The translations under genes and the position numbers were made by a program. Shown here piece by piece: positions 51,421 through 64,000 of a stretch of DNA of 64,000 nucleotides. The number at the start of each line of letters is the position of its first letter. Position 1 is the stretch's first letter. Origin of the DNA: the human T2T-CHM13v2.0 reference genome, Homo sapiens. The notes under the pieces were generated by a model. It saw nothing but the letters and a program-made list of their open reading frames with translations, was not told the DNA's origin and searched no databases. Where the stretch lies: the NCBI RefSeq assembly GCF_009914755.1, contig NC_060934.1; one strand, 5' to 3'.

Positions 51421-53009
51421 TAGCATGAATGTATATGTGTGTTGTTATTTTAATTCAAATTTGACCCAGAATGTGAAACTGAAGACAAAAGTAGAGTCTA
51501 TAAGGAAGAAAAAACGTGCACCATAAATTATCCAACAGGATCTCTACAAGAATAATTATTGACAATTTCCATTTTGCTTCATTTTTTGGTTTGATATCTA
51601 GGAAGATGCCCACTGTGGGAGATTTGCTAGGGAAAATTTAAAAAAAACCCTTAAGATAAAATTATCTCCTGTACAATTACCTTAATTATCATTTTCAAGA
51701 AGGTTTTCCGTACTTTAGAAACAACTGAAGTTGTTTCTGCATGGTTTCTGTTTCTGAATGTTATTCAGAAAACAATTCCAAGTAATCTCAAGTGTTAGAT
51801 AAAAGTCAGAACAGTATCATGAATCTTGATATTTCTTAAGAAAAAGCATTCAGTTCTTAAATTGGGGAGGTGTGGAGGAGAGAGAAAAAAGTAAAGCTAT
51901 GAGCTTAGTCATAGTGTGGAAAGATGTGTGGCCTCCGGTGTGTGGTTTTCTTTGGGCTGTGGCTTGCTTTTACGAGGCCAAGGCATCTTGATCATTAACA
52001 TGCTGCTTGTGCTTCATGGTTGACTTTTACATTATTGCTCCAGCTATTACCATGCATGCATTATTTATATGGTTGGCTATCATGGAAAAAAGGCAAGCAA
52101 TTTACTTGTCAAAACACATTAGAATGCATGACTTTAAATCAGAGTTGCATGGGTTGGTAAAAAGCTATAATAAATGCACTTTGGCTAATATGTTAGTGTC
52201 ATGCAGTTTGAGATGGTCACTGTATTGACTGAGGAACCTATAATCATCTCTGGGGCTCTTTCAGTAAAATAGCACTCCAAATTATTTGCACTATGATTTT
52301 AATCGCATAATGGTAAACTGTATTATTACAACTTTTCATTATTTAGATGAGTTTTAATATTAGAATAACAAGTGAGTACAAATTAAATTTGTCTTTATAG
52401 AAGGCTTGGAATTAAATGTATCATTTATTTATGTTCTAAATATCATTTTAAATGCTTAAATATTAGAATTGTGTCATATAGCTATGTGTGTCTTTGCTTT
52501 TTGTACTCAGTTAAGCATTCCCATTGTTACTTGACTTTTCACGGCCTCACTAAAGTCCCACTTTGTACCATTGGAAATGTTTAAGTAAATGCCAGCCACC
52601 TTGTCTGTTCTGTTAAGTGCCAGCCTCGGAGTTCTATGATATTTATTTGATGACTGCCATGTCTAAAACAGCTGAGAGAGCTCAAAGCAGAGTATTGGTT
52701 CAAGAAATTTATTTTTCTTAAAAATAATTCAACTACAAACAAGTTATAGGAGAGGACAGTGATTCTGGAAAGGTCAGCATTCTTGGGGGATGTTATCTTG
52801 TGAGAGAGTATAGTCAAGTTTATGCTCAGTGTAATCTTCTGTCTGCTCCTAACCCAACACTTTCCAGCATCTTGAAAAGCTAATAGGAGTCCAGAGAATG
52901 TGACTCCATAATGCTGTGCAGTTGCAGAAGACACTGGGTGAGCCCAAAATGGTCAATGCAGCATTTTAAATTAGTATCACAGCAGGGATACCCTGAGTCC
53001 TCTTTACCT

Positions 53010-53176
53010 GGGTATTATGAGTAATCTAGAGGTGAATTAAAGTATCGGAGAGGCTGTGCATAGGTTGTATGCAAATGCCACACCATTATATATCAGAGAC
53101 TTGAGCATTAGAGAATTTTGGTATCCACAGGGAGTCATGGAACCAATTCCTCATGGATACAGAAGGGTAACAGTAT
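53010..53176 (+). mobile_element. MER2 (TcMar-Tigger) right half
   Basis: GTAATCTAGAGGTGAATTAAAGTAT..GACTTGAGCAT..TTTTGGTATCCACAGGG..GGAACCAATTCC. Confidence 0.85.
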
Positions 53177-55816
53177 ATACACAAATGCAGAACCAATATA
53201 CGTAGATTATATTAAAATATACTAAATATATATCCTTAAATATGAAAATCAATTATATGTGATATGCCTTTATAAGAGTAAGTAGATTTCTTGTAAAGTT
53301 CATGTTGATGCATAGATTATATGATGTAGATTTACTATTTGGGGAAAAATACTATGGTTGAAATGATCAAATCTAATATAACAGACTAACTTTAACCTCT
53401 TTCATGTTTAATATTTTGCATTAATAAACAGTATCTTTTTGGGCATGCTATAAATGTAATAATAATTATTAATGGCAAGGGGTATAGACAATTGCAAACT
53501 CACTAACGTGTAATATTCCTGTAGTAACTGTTATTTCATTTACATTGAAAATTGGCTGAATCTTAAGTTATTTATTTATTGTACAGTTATGTTATTCTAA
53601 GCAATTATAAAAATTATTTCCCATGATGACTATGAATTTCATGTTTAGGAGTTTTGGCTGTATCTTCTATGCAAAGATATCTGAAGGTCAAAATGAAACA
53701 GCATAAGCATTTTATTTGTAGATTTCAGAGTATACCACTGAATACATGAAGTAAAGTCAGAGCTTGAAATTAATATATGACATAAGATTTGAATTGGTTT
53801 ATTTAAGTTTTCCAGTATAATATCAATTATTTTTTTCAAAAATAGCATCACCAGTAAATATTTCCTGCAAAGTTATGGTTAGCACCACACGGTGCATATA
53901 CTTAGAAGTTCTAAATGGAAATGTTTGTTAGGGAGACACGTGTTACATATTTGTTCTCAGGTAGCATGCAGAACTATCCTCATTAGTTTTCACCCAAGGA
54001 AAAGATAAAATATTCATTGAGTATCAAGGATATGTTAAATACTTTAAAGTTGCATCAGTTTTGTTTTCTTATTTAGTGTTACCCAAATTCCATCACCGTT
54101 CTTCGCCGTGCTGCCTGGGTCACTGCTACCAAATTCATGCCACTAACATTTTATAGCACTTTAGAGCAGGCAATGAATTGCTTTGAAACCAAAATGGAGC
54201 ACCAAAATGCTTCTTCGACTAGAATTCGGGAATGGGCTGAAGCCTCAGAAGCTTCAGGGAGGCAGGAGCACATTAATCGAAAAACATTACCTGATGCAAA
54301 ATGTGAGTCTTTTCCTCATCACAAATGTGAGATCTTGTAGATCATAAAGATGTGGAAAACCCTTTGCAGTTGACGACAGTTAAAAAGGAATAGGGGAAAA
54401 GAAGGGATATTACCTATGGAAGGAGGAAATTAGATTATCTACAAGGAGGTTGGGAAAAGTGTGGTTTTAACTCAGAAGCTGCCCAGGGATATGTTTGAGT
54501 AGTACAAGAATTCAGGAGACCCTGGACCCTTAGACTTAGGAGAAATAAACTCTGTAGAGTAGAACAGGGCCAAACCAGGCCATGAGAAGTCAGAGGCACT
54601 GCATGTGTGGGTGGAAGGCAGAAGAAGACACAGCCATCAAAGATCAATGATGTCCACTTTGAAAACGTGCCCAGTGAGCGTTTGCTTGGCATTGTGTTAG
54701 GTACACAAAATAACTCTAAATAGGCATCAGGTCAGTCATTTTCTTAATGGAAAGATAAATAGAAGCTCCTTGGAATAATTTAGGGATGATGTAAGACAAT
54801 CCAGTCATTAATAATACGTACACAAGTCATCCAAGTTCATGCCACCTGGGCACTGGCTGATGAGGTAGATGGGCACAGTTATATGGAGACTGAAGAGAGT
54901 GAGAAGCTACTCAGGGTCTTGCATCAACTCAAGGAGAGGTGAAGAGATGAAGGCTGGCATGGTGTCCACAGGGGACAGTGGCAGGCCGAACCTAGGCTGG
55001 GCACTGTCTGGAAAGCAGGAGGGGGGACAGTTGACTGTCCGGGCAGTGGTTCCCACCTGTCTAGCCTAGGAGGAAAAGCATGCAGTGGATGGCTGTGCGG
55101 TGAGGGGCAGGGCTGGGGCTATGGAATTCGACAGGTGTGGGCTCATCTATGAGCTCTGAGAGTCAGGAGCCCGCTTGGCAACAAAGGTAAGACAAACTCT
55201 CAGCCTCTCTTCTTCATCTGAAAAGGGAGAGGTTGAGATACAAGGTGTCATGAGGGCTGAATTAAGCCAGCAGCTCACACTGTTCAGGGTCACCCTTGGT
55301 ACTCACATACAGGGGTGTGGTTTAGGGACCCTTGCGCCGAAATTCTAGCATGGGACAGGAGGGTACCACCTCTTCTAGTTCCATGGCTCAGGTTCTGTGG
55401 GTTCTTTCTTCATTTTTCATTTCTCTACCCATATCCAGTGTGGTAGACATTGTTTTATGAAATTCAACAAAAAGAGGCATTTATTCTTTATGTTATCCCT
55501 CCAAAGAAAAGATATTTAAATACCATTGTTTTGGTATTTGCTTATTATGTACAGTAAGACATCAAATAAAATAATCTTTCTCAAATTTCCCACGGTAGAA
55601 AGTTACCGTGGCAACTTCAGTGCAAAGGAAGTTGCTGTGTATTTGACCTCTCATCTGTTACTTTCAGAAATATTGAAGGATTCTATATACTGCCTCTAGA
55701 GACTTACAGAAGGAGAACGTCCTGCCCCAAGATGAGCATATTTAGCTCAAGTAGTTTATTAGATCCAGGAAGACCTCTCTAAATCCCACAAAGCAGCCGA
55801 TTGAGTTTTGAAACTC

Positions 55817-56120
55817 TTTTTTTTTTTTTTTTTCTTTTTGAGACAGAATGTTGCTGTGTCACCCAAGCTGGAGTGCAGTGGCGTGATCTCAGCTCATTCA
55901 AACCTCCGCCTCCTGGGTTCAAGTGATTCTCCTGCCTCAGCCTCCTGAGTAGCTGGGACTACAGGCACGTGCCACCATGCCCAGCTAATTTTTGTATTTT
56001 TAGTAGAGACAGGGTTTCACCATGTTGGCCAAGCTGGTCTCGAACTCCTGACCTCAGGTATCCACCTACCTCAGCCACCCAAAGTGCTAGGATTACAGGC
56101 GTGAGCCATTGCGCCTGGCC
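55817..56120 (-). mobile_element. AluSx-like
   Basis: Full dimer; TSD AGTTTTGAAAC at 55804 and 56121. Confidence 0.95.
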
Positions 56121-58289
56121 AGTTTTGAAACCCTTGACAGGATTTCACCATTATATTTGCCAATATTTATTTAGGAAAATTTATACTAAAATCTTATTTT
56201 CACCGAATTGTGTATCTTTTAAAACCAATCTTTGCTAAAATAGTACCTAATGGAAGTTTTATTTTACTTTTTTTTTTTTTAAATCACAAAGGAGACAGGG
56301 CTGTGTCCTCACATGGAAATAACTGAGCTGCTCAAGCCTTTCCTTCCTGGTGGGATCCCCCACCGCCACCCTGTTTCCAAGCTGGGTTTTTACGGAGCAG
56401 CTGACAGTCACGGGAAATAATCTATGGTTGAAATCAGGTTTCATTTATTTAAGCTCAGCAGGCTCTCCACATCTAGAAATCAGATAAATATTAATCAACA
56501 TTTCCTTCTCTTTTTATGGTTTGATTTTTCCTTTATCTCTCTAACCCACCTAGAATTATATGATGAATAGTGTTAGTACATATTTTTTCATAAAAATAAT
56601 ATTCTAGTCACATTTATTAAATAATTCAAGTCCTGTCCTGTTTTGTGCTGTTTCCTTTTATATATACAATGCAGAATCTGCTTTAGATAAGCTTTATACA
56701 GAAGGTGAGTCACTACAGAACAACAATGATGAGATTGTACATATTAAAATAATTTGTATTCAATTTATTTATGCATGTTTTAGAACGATATTATTTTAGG
56801 GTTTTTTTTTCCCTTGTTTTCTCGTTTTACTTTGCCTTGTCAGGACAAGTTCTTCTTTTTAAAATACATATAATTTGAGAGAATTGTCCTCTTAAAAATA
56901 ATTGCTCTTTCTGAACTAAATCATTGCATGACACTTGAGTATTATTTTTAAAATTCCAGTAAAGCCACGTTTTATGATATTTTCCACAGTTCATTTGCAT
57001 AGTTCAATGAGGTTATTCAAGCTGAGGTCCTTATTTTGTTTATTTTGTAAATGGGTTCTCATGCATTTTACTTTAGGCAATTTATTTTCTCTGTGTAGAA
57101 AAACTATTGAATTATTTTATATTTGCGAAATCCTAAATAATTTTTAAAGCAACACAAGACACAAGAATAAGGGGGAAAGCAACAGATTTGAAGAAGAAAA
57201 GCAAGAAACCAAAATCCATGGCTTGTGTATTAGCTTGACCTGGCGATCCTTTGAGAGTGTTGCTTGCCATGAACACAGAAGCCCCATGATCAGCTATGAA
57301 GCGATTTGAAAGGAAGAGAGAGAAAAAACGGTCATTCTATGCTGATTATGTGATTTTATAGAAACTATGTAACTCAAACTTCATATTATTAATGTGGGAA
57401 GCAGAGAGGCCCCAGGGAACTGAACCAGTCCTGGCCTCTCCTTGCTAGGGCGCTCCACATGGGGATCCTGCCCCTGCCCTCCCTCTCCCGCAGACGTTAT
57501 CTGGCTCATGCGGTAACTTAACGAAGACCCTTGCCAGGGCAACTGCACTTCACCAGTGAGGTGTGAGAGCCAGCACTCTTCAAGGGGTCTCCTTCCCCCT
57601 TGACACTGTCCTCTAATGACCTAGATGCCTCTTCCCAGTGGCACGATCTGCTTGGTATTGGTGGCAGGTGGTGTGAGCAGGGCACCTCATGGATCACCAG
57701 GGTGAGGCTGGGCCGGCGGGGAGACGCAGCAGCCTCTCATCCTCCAGGCACCAAGCAAGGTGGCTGCAAGTGGTCCACAGGTGAGCCCAGAGAACACCTT
57801 GGACACCTGAGATTTAAGTGGCATCTCACAGGCCAACAGCTGTGTACCTCCATTCATACGTCGCCACTTGTATTATGAAAGCGTTTCTCACATTGACAGG
57901 ACTTGAGATAAAGACTTTCATGAAAATGATTGAGCAATTTTAATTTCAAAAAGACTCAGATAAATATTTTTTTCAAGCTGCAAGTCTCTACTTCAGACAT
58001 ATGTTTCTACCTGATAAATAAGATATATCACTTCATGTAATAATGAATTGAAACAAAAATTTTATGTCGGTGGTTTTTAAATTATTAATATCTAAGATAT
58101 TAGAAAACAATAGCATACACTTGTCTCTCTATCCATGCTAACTAAACATATTTGTATTATGCAATTTATTTTATTATTCTAATTCAAGAGTCACCTCAAT
58201 AGTCTAAAATTCAAAATGAATAACTTTTGGTTAATTAGTTTGATTATGTTTATTTACATGTTTGATTTTTGAGAATTCTCCAAAGTTCA

Positions 58290-58480
58290 GTACAGTGGTC
58301 ATTAGCTACTTGTGGTTATTTAAAGTTGTGTAAATAAATTAAAATGAAATAATTAAAAAAATAATGACACCTACCCCACTTCCAGGGCTCAATGGTCATA
58401 TGAGGCCAGTTCCTACTTCAGGGTTCAGCGCATCTATAGAATAATCTATAATCCTGAAAATTGCTACTGAGCAGCTCTGG
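58290..58480. mobile_element. MER3/MER33-like hAT-Charlie MITE
   Basis: GTGGTCATTAGCTACTTGTGGTTATTTAAA..GGGCTCAATGGTCATATGAGGCCAGT. Confidence 0.55.
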
Positions 58481-58559
58481 TTTAGATAATAAGCAGTGTG
58501 GGAGATTGTAGTAGAGAAACAAAGTTTTATAACATTGCAACATTTGAAAAAATCTTTAA

Positions 58560-59600
58560 ATTTGGTATAAAATTTATTTTCAATGTAATAAAGATTTCAA
58601 TGTAATATTAGATTGCTAAGAGAAGAGACAATGATTTTCAAATAGAATTAAGCTTAAAGAAAGTGGTAACATAAATAGAGAAGGCCTAAGGTCACCATGT
58701 CAAGAAGGAAAAAGAATACCCAAACTTGGAGTCTTTAAAAAGACGACAGATGGAACATTTGAAAAACTAGATGCAAGTGCATTAAAAACAATTTCTATTC
58801 AAAAGGCATTTCAAAGTATGACTTAGCAAAATTAACATCAGAAAAACTAGAAAATTGCAAAACTACTTACAAAATTAAATCCGCAATTTAAAGTTAGCTC
58901 ATGAGAAGGGAGGGGGAAATTCCACAAAAATTTCCAAGTGCAGATGGCTTCACCAGGCAATGGAACCAAATATTTCAGTGGGGAAAAAAGTCCATCTCAG
59001 ACAAATACACTGAGTGAATAAACAAAAAGCAAGTGAGGTGTCTGGACAGATTTTAACAAGGCCGGTTCCTTCGTCATGCTGGATCCTCTGAAGAGGAGCA
59101 GAGGAAAGGAAATTTATCTCACTCATGAAAGAGATGCAAAAACATGCACAGAATTCACACACGTAATATGACCACAGGAAAGAGGATAACTCATCATGAC
59201 AAGTTGGATCATAAGTGCAAGATCGGTTTATTAATTAAAAATCAATTGAGATAATTCACATTGTCACAATAAATAAGTATAATCATATGAACATCTCGAG
59301 AGTTGCAGAAAAATTATTTATTCATGTATTTATATGCATTTTATAGCAGCATTGAAGACATAATGAGAATTACAAAAATTTAAGAATATTAAAGAAATTC
59401 AGAAAAATATATTTATGGCATAGAGATGAAAAGAATTTCTAGACAAAGATACAAAAGCATAAGTAATGAAGGAAAGAGTAGTAACTTATCCCTGTCAAAA
59501 CTAGTTAATTGATAACAGACAACAGGAACAAAGTTGAAGGATATCATACGTAGCCAGAATCTTCAGTATCAATAACAAGTTAAAATTCCATCAACTCAGT
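58560..59600 (+). mobile_element. Highly decayed L1M(E) ORF2 fragments
   Basis: A-rich; CCAAGTGCAGATGGCTTCAC resembles GPDGF coding; CATATGAACATCTCGAGAGTTGCAGAAAAA resembles HMIISIDAEK coding. Confidence 0.55.
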
Positions 59601-59624
59601 AAGGAAAGAAGAGTAACTAGTCAA

Positions 59625-59885
59625 GTTGCCCAGGCTGGAGTGCAGTGGCACGATCTCGGCTCACTGCAACCTGTCTCCCAGGTTCAAGTGATTCTCCTGC
59701 CTCAGTCTCCCGAGTAGCTGGGATTACAGGCGCCTGCCACCACCAGCAGCTAATTTTTGTATTTTTAGTAGAGACAGGGTTCCACCATGTTGGCCAAGCT
59801 GGTCCAAACTCCTGACCTCAGGTGATCCACCCACCTCGGCCTCCCAAAGTTCTGGGATTACAGGCGTGAACTGCCACGCCCGGCC
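59625..59885 (-). mobile_element. AluSx-like lacking its 3' end and tail
   Basis: Begins abruptly at GTTGCCCAGGCTGGAG with no poly(T). Confidence 0.9.
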
Positions 59886-60519
59886 CAAGGCCAAGCTCTT
59901 TTCTCACATTGCACACACTTCTTTCTCATAGAACTTTCCAAATATAATTATTTACATATGTATAATTATCTAAGAGACTCCTATTAGACAGGAAGTCATC
60001 AATTAGTGACTTCCTGTCATGTTACATGCAGAGATGATCCTATTCTGTTACAGCACTGTTCAACCATTATCCAGGGAATCATTTGCCAAATAAAGTCTGG
60101 GAAAACCAAATCCACCTATAAACATTTACACGACACCCTTGAATATGTGACTCTTACACCAAGAGTACCAGGAATGAAAAGATAGGCCAATATTATATAT
60201 AATTCCTAATAATACAAAAGGTTAAAAAGGAAAAATATAGTCATATATATGAATTTTCAAGACATTTATTATTTTCGCTTTCAACACTATTGCCATAGAG
60301 ATACTCTTACAGTATCTATTGATGTAATATCATTAAAATTTAGGGGAAAAAGTATAATATAGCTTGTAATTATTTCTGAGCTCACTAACTGTGCTCCTAA
60401 GAATAGTCATTGAATGGAGAGAGAGAGAGAGAGAGCAAAAGGGAGATTGGAGCTTACCATCAACAACACTGATGATGTTGGCCAGTAAAATAAAGAGAAT
60501 AATTACTTAAATTCTAGTA

Positions 60520-61050
60520 AAAGAAAAGAAATAAAAGAAATTTGCTGATATGAAGCACTGAGGAGTTCTACATAAAAGAAATTTCTAATAAAAAAGAGGT
60601 ACCATGCTTCAGGATGGGAAAATTTAATACTGCAAGTGTGGGAATACTTTTCAGTTTTATACTATAGTTTAAATGTCATTTCAATTCAAATTCAAATGGG
60701 ATTATTTTTGGGAACCCGGCAAAATAATTTTAATTTCACCTATACTTTTTATGAGATTGTTCTTCATGACATTATTTAAAATCATTATTAACAACTTTTG
60801 CTCCAAGTTAGGTTTAAATAATTCACATGTTTATAAGATGAAATGTTATGTGGCTATTAAATTTAGATTTAGGCAATACAATATATTTAGTGGTAATGAA
60901 ATCTTTTTACATACATAAACACTTACTCATTTTTACACCTAAATATGTTAACAGTTTTTACTTCCTGATGTCCTGTGTAGAGGCGAGGTTTTTTTTTTTC
61001 TCATTTGATGTTTCCCAATTTTTGTTAGCAATAAACATAGATAACTAATG
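60520..61050. mobile_element. Decayed L1M fragments, apparently in both orientations
   Basis: CCATGCTTCAGGATGGGAAAATTTAATA..TTTAAATGTCATTTCAATTCAAAT resembles ORF2 [15 protein letters not shown] coding. Confidence 0.45.
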
Positions 61051-62247
61051 TATTGAGATGAATCAATAACACATCAAGAAGAGAAGAAAAATATCAAAAA
61101 TATAATATACTTTCTTGAGCTCCTAGTTAAATGGATTAAGTAAAAAAACAAGAGGAAAAAACAAGTAAGCCTTAAATGATAGTATTACAGATGCTGTACA
61201 TAAGATTATATTATATAAACAATTTTATGTTGATATGTTCAAAAATTTACACAATATGTAAAGAAATACATATTTCCATGCTTATGTAAGAAGTTTAATC
61301 TGTGCAAACTACCATTATACTTTATATTGGAAAAAAAAAGTTCCTATTATCAGAAAGAGAAAAACCAGAGAGGTATGAATAAATGAAAAATAGATGACCC
61401 CTACACTTAAATAAAAATCTGAATATCCAAAAAATTGAATAAATCCTATTTCCATAAAATAAAATAATTCTAACTATTTTTTTAAAAAGTGCTTCCTTAG
61501 AAATACAGTTAAGTATAAGGGCTTGTTACAATCGTTAAGTGTATAGAATCTTCGCTTTCATTTTCTGACATGGGCTAAGAGAAATTCCTTTGCTAAACAG
61601 TAATCCACTCCATCTCTGTTTTCCTGCTGGCCAGTTCTTGCGTTAATCTTGACCTATTTTATTGCTAAGCAGCCACAGACAGTGAAAACAAAAATGTAGA
61701 TTGATTTTTCTGCTCTCTCCCTCAGTGCTGCAGGCTCAATAGAGAAGAATTCTGCCTTCAAAGGGTTTACAGGCTACAATTAGAAAACAAAAAACAAAAC
61801 AAAACAAAAAAACAAACAAAAAAGTTTCATATGGCATAACCATTATAATCAATTTTCTAGAGTAAAAGTTTTGTCTATTCTGGCTTAACACGACATGTAT
61901 TTTAAGTTTTGTAATGTCAATGCCACACTTTCAGATACCGATTTATGCATTATGTATAGGCAAATATATATGCATATATACTCATATTATATGGATACAA
62001 AATCCCTCAATCCTCAACACTATACATTTACTTTGTTTTCCCCTTCAGAGCCCAGAAGAAGGGCCATTCAGAGCAGGCACCACCTCTGATCCCCTGATAT
62101 AATCTGGCCCAGGGTCTTCTGTCATACTCCCTTGCCATCTTTTAATGAATGACTTTTGTCCTCTGTTTAAAGTGAGCATCATCACCATGTCTGTTTTCCA
62201 AGGGGTGAGAGGCCAGAGGAGGGCAAGCAGCTTTGTTGTAGGAAATA

Positions 62248-63762
62248 GACTCAGAATAGTATAGGGCTATGAGTCATTGATATAAGGATAAGACCCCAAA
62301 TCATATAGGGATATGACCCATTGTTATAGGGACATGACACATTGTTACAAGGAAATGACACATTGTTACAAGGATATGACACATCGTTATAAGGATATGA
62401 CCCATGGTTATAGGGATGCAACACGTTGTTACAGGGATAGGATACATTGTTACAGAGATATGACCCATTGTTACAGGTATGCACATTGTTATAAGTATAT
62501 GACCAATGGTTATAGGGATGCAACACGTTGTTACAGGAATAGGATACATTGTTATAGAGATATGACCCACTGTTACAGGTATGCACATTGTTATAGGGAT
62601 ACGACCCATGGTTATAGAGATGCAACGTGCTGTTACAGGGATAGGATACATTGTTATGGAGATATGACCCATTGTTACAGGTATACACATTGTTATAATG
62701 ATATGACACATGGTTATAGGGAGGCAACACGTTGTTACAGGAATAGGATACATTGTTTTAGAGATATGACCCATTGTTACAGGTATACACATTGTTAAAA
62801 GGATATGACCCATGGTTATAGGGATGCAACATGTTGTTACAGTGATAGGATACATTGTTACAGAGATATGACCCATTGTTACAGGTATGAACATTGTTAT
62901 AGGGATGTGGCCCATTCTTATAGGGATATAAACCATTGTTATAGGGATATAACCCAGAATTATATAGTGATACAGCCCATTGTTATGGGGATATGATCCA
63001 TAATTATGTAGGGACATCACCCATTTTTATAGGGACAACCCATTGTTATTGGGATATGACCATGAATTATATAGGCATGTGAACATTTATTACAGTGATA
63101 GTACCCATTATTATAAGGCTGTTACCCAGAATTACATAGAGATATGACTGATTGTTTTAGAGATATGACCCAGAATCGTATAGAGATACGAACCATTGTT
63201 ATAGGAATATGGCCTAGAATAACATAAGGATATGGCCCATTGTTATATGGGCATATACCCCTTTATTATAGTGATATTACCCATTGTTATAGGGATATGC
63301 CCCATTATTAGAAGGTTATTACCCAGAATTACATAGGAATATGACTGATTGTTTTAGGGATAAGACCTATTTTTGTAGGGATATGACCCAGAATCATATA
63401 GGAATATGACCCATTCGTGTAGGGTTATGACCTAGAATCATATAGGGATGTGACTCTTTCTTATAGAGATATGACCCAGAATCATATAGGGATATGACCC
63501 ATTGTTATAGGGATATGACTCAGAATCATATAGGGATATAGCCCATTGCTATAGGGATATGACTCAGAATCATACAGGGATATAGCCCATTGTTATAGGG
63601 ATATGACTCAGAATCATATAGGGATATAGCCCATTGCTATAGGGATATGACTCAGAATCATATGGGGATATGACCCATTGTTATAGGGCTATGACAGAAT
63701 CATATAGGGATATGACTCAGAATCATATAGGGATCTGACCCATTGTTATAGGAATGTGATCC
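62248..63762. repeat. ~1.5-kb compound satellite, 21-bp monomer with 102-bp and 44-bp higher-order repeats
   Basis: Monomer AGGGATATGACCCATTGTTAT; GA[T/G]GCAAC at 62415, 62517, 62619, 62721, 62823; CAGAATCA at 63477, 63521, 63565, 63609, 63653. Confidence 0.96.
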
Positions 63763-64000
63763 TTTCATTTAGTTATTCATCCCAGAAATCACACACATCA
63801 CTTCTGTTCATAACTTATCAACCAGGACCTAACTGCAAGGAAACCCAGATGTGTAGACTCCATGCGTAGGGAAGTTCCAGAAGTGTTAATATAATATGAA
63901 ATAAAGGAGGGAACTGAGTAGATTTGTCAAAGTAACACTGCAGATCAGCAGGTAAAATATCATGCCGTAAATATTTGGTACAATTTGGTGGCTAAAGGCA

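Noticed and set aside
50959-51526. Met/Val-rich and Ile/Thr-rich ORFs
   Set aside because: Translation of the (GAT)n tract
55589-55612. 8-bp hairpin CCACGGTA/TACCGTGG, and similarly AGCACTCC/GGAGTGCT at 13571-13594
   Set aside because: Stems this short are expected by chance in 64 kb; bacterial terminator logic does not apply
62251-63020. Cys/His-rich repetitive ORFs (THCYRDM repeats; 239, 161 and 159 aa) resembling a metal-binding repeat protein
   Set aside because: Unit lengths 21, 18 and 102 are multiples of 3, so frames stay open on both strands; no splice, promoter or codon evidence

Overview
Human (great-ape lineage) non-coding genomic DNA, intronic or intergenic. An AluYa5 with all five diagnostic positions argues for Homo sapiens. 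I cannot name the locus, and I find no credible protein-coding exon, RNA gene, CRISPR array or operon. The longer or protein-like ORFs in the track are explained by Alu, L1, LTR, simple-repeat or minisatellite sequence; the rest look like chance short ORFs. The window is a patchwork of about 14 Alu elements or fragments, L1 pieces of several ages (L1PA4-like, L1PA8-like, L1MA, L1MC, L1ME), MaLR/ERVL LTRs (THE1, MST, MLT1, MLT2, and one LTR-internal-LTR MLT1), MIR, DNA-transposon fossils (MADE1, MER2, MER3, a decayed hAT transposase) and unusually many minisatellites. I do not see a new biological system. The best observations concern genome dynamics: a twin-primed inverted L1 with an extreme internal deletion, a 1.5-kb satellite with two higher-order periods, minisatellites seeded from LTR sequence, a perfect 32-bp palindrome inside an L1, and a CpG-retaining patch with E2F and AP-1/ARE motifs. 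Repeat subfamily names come from recalled consensus sequences, and boundaries of old elements are approximate.
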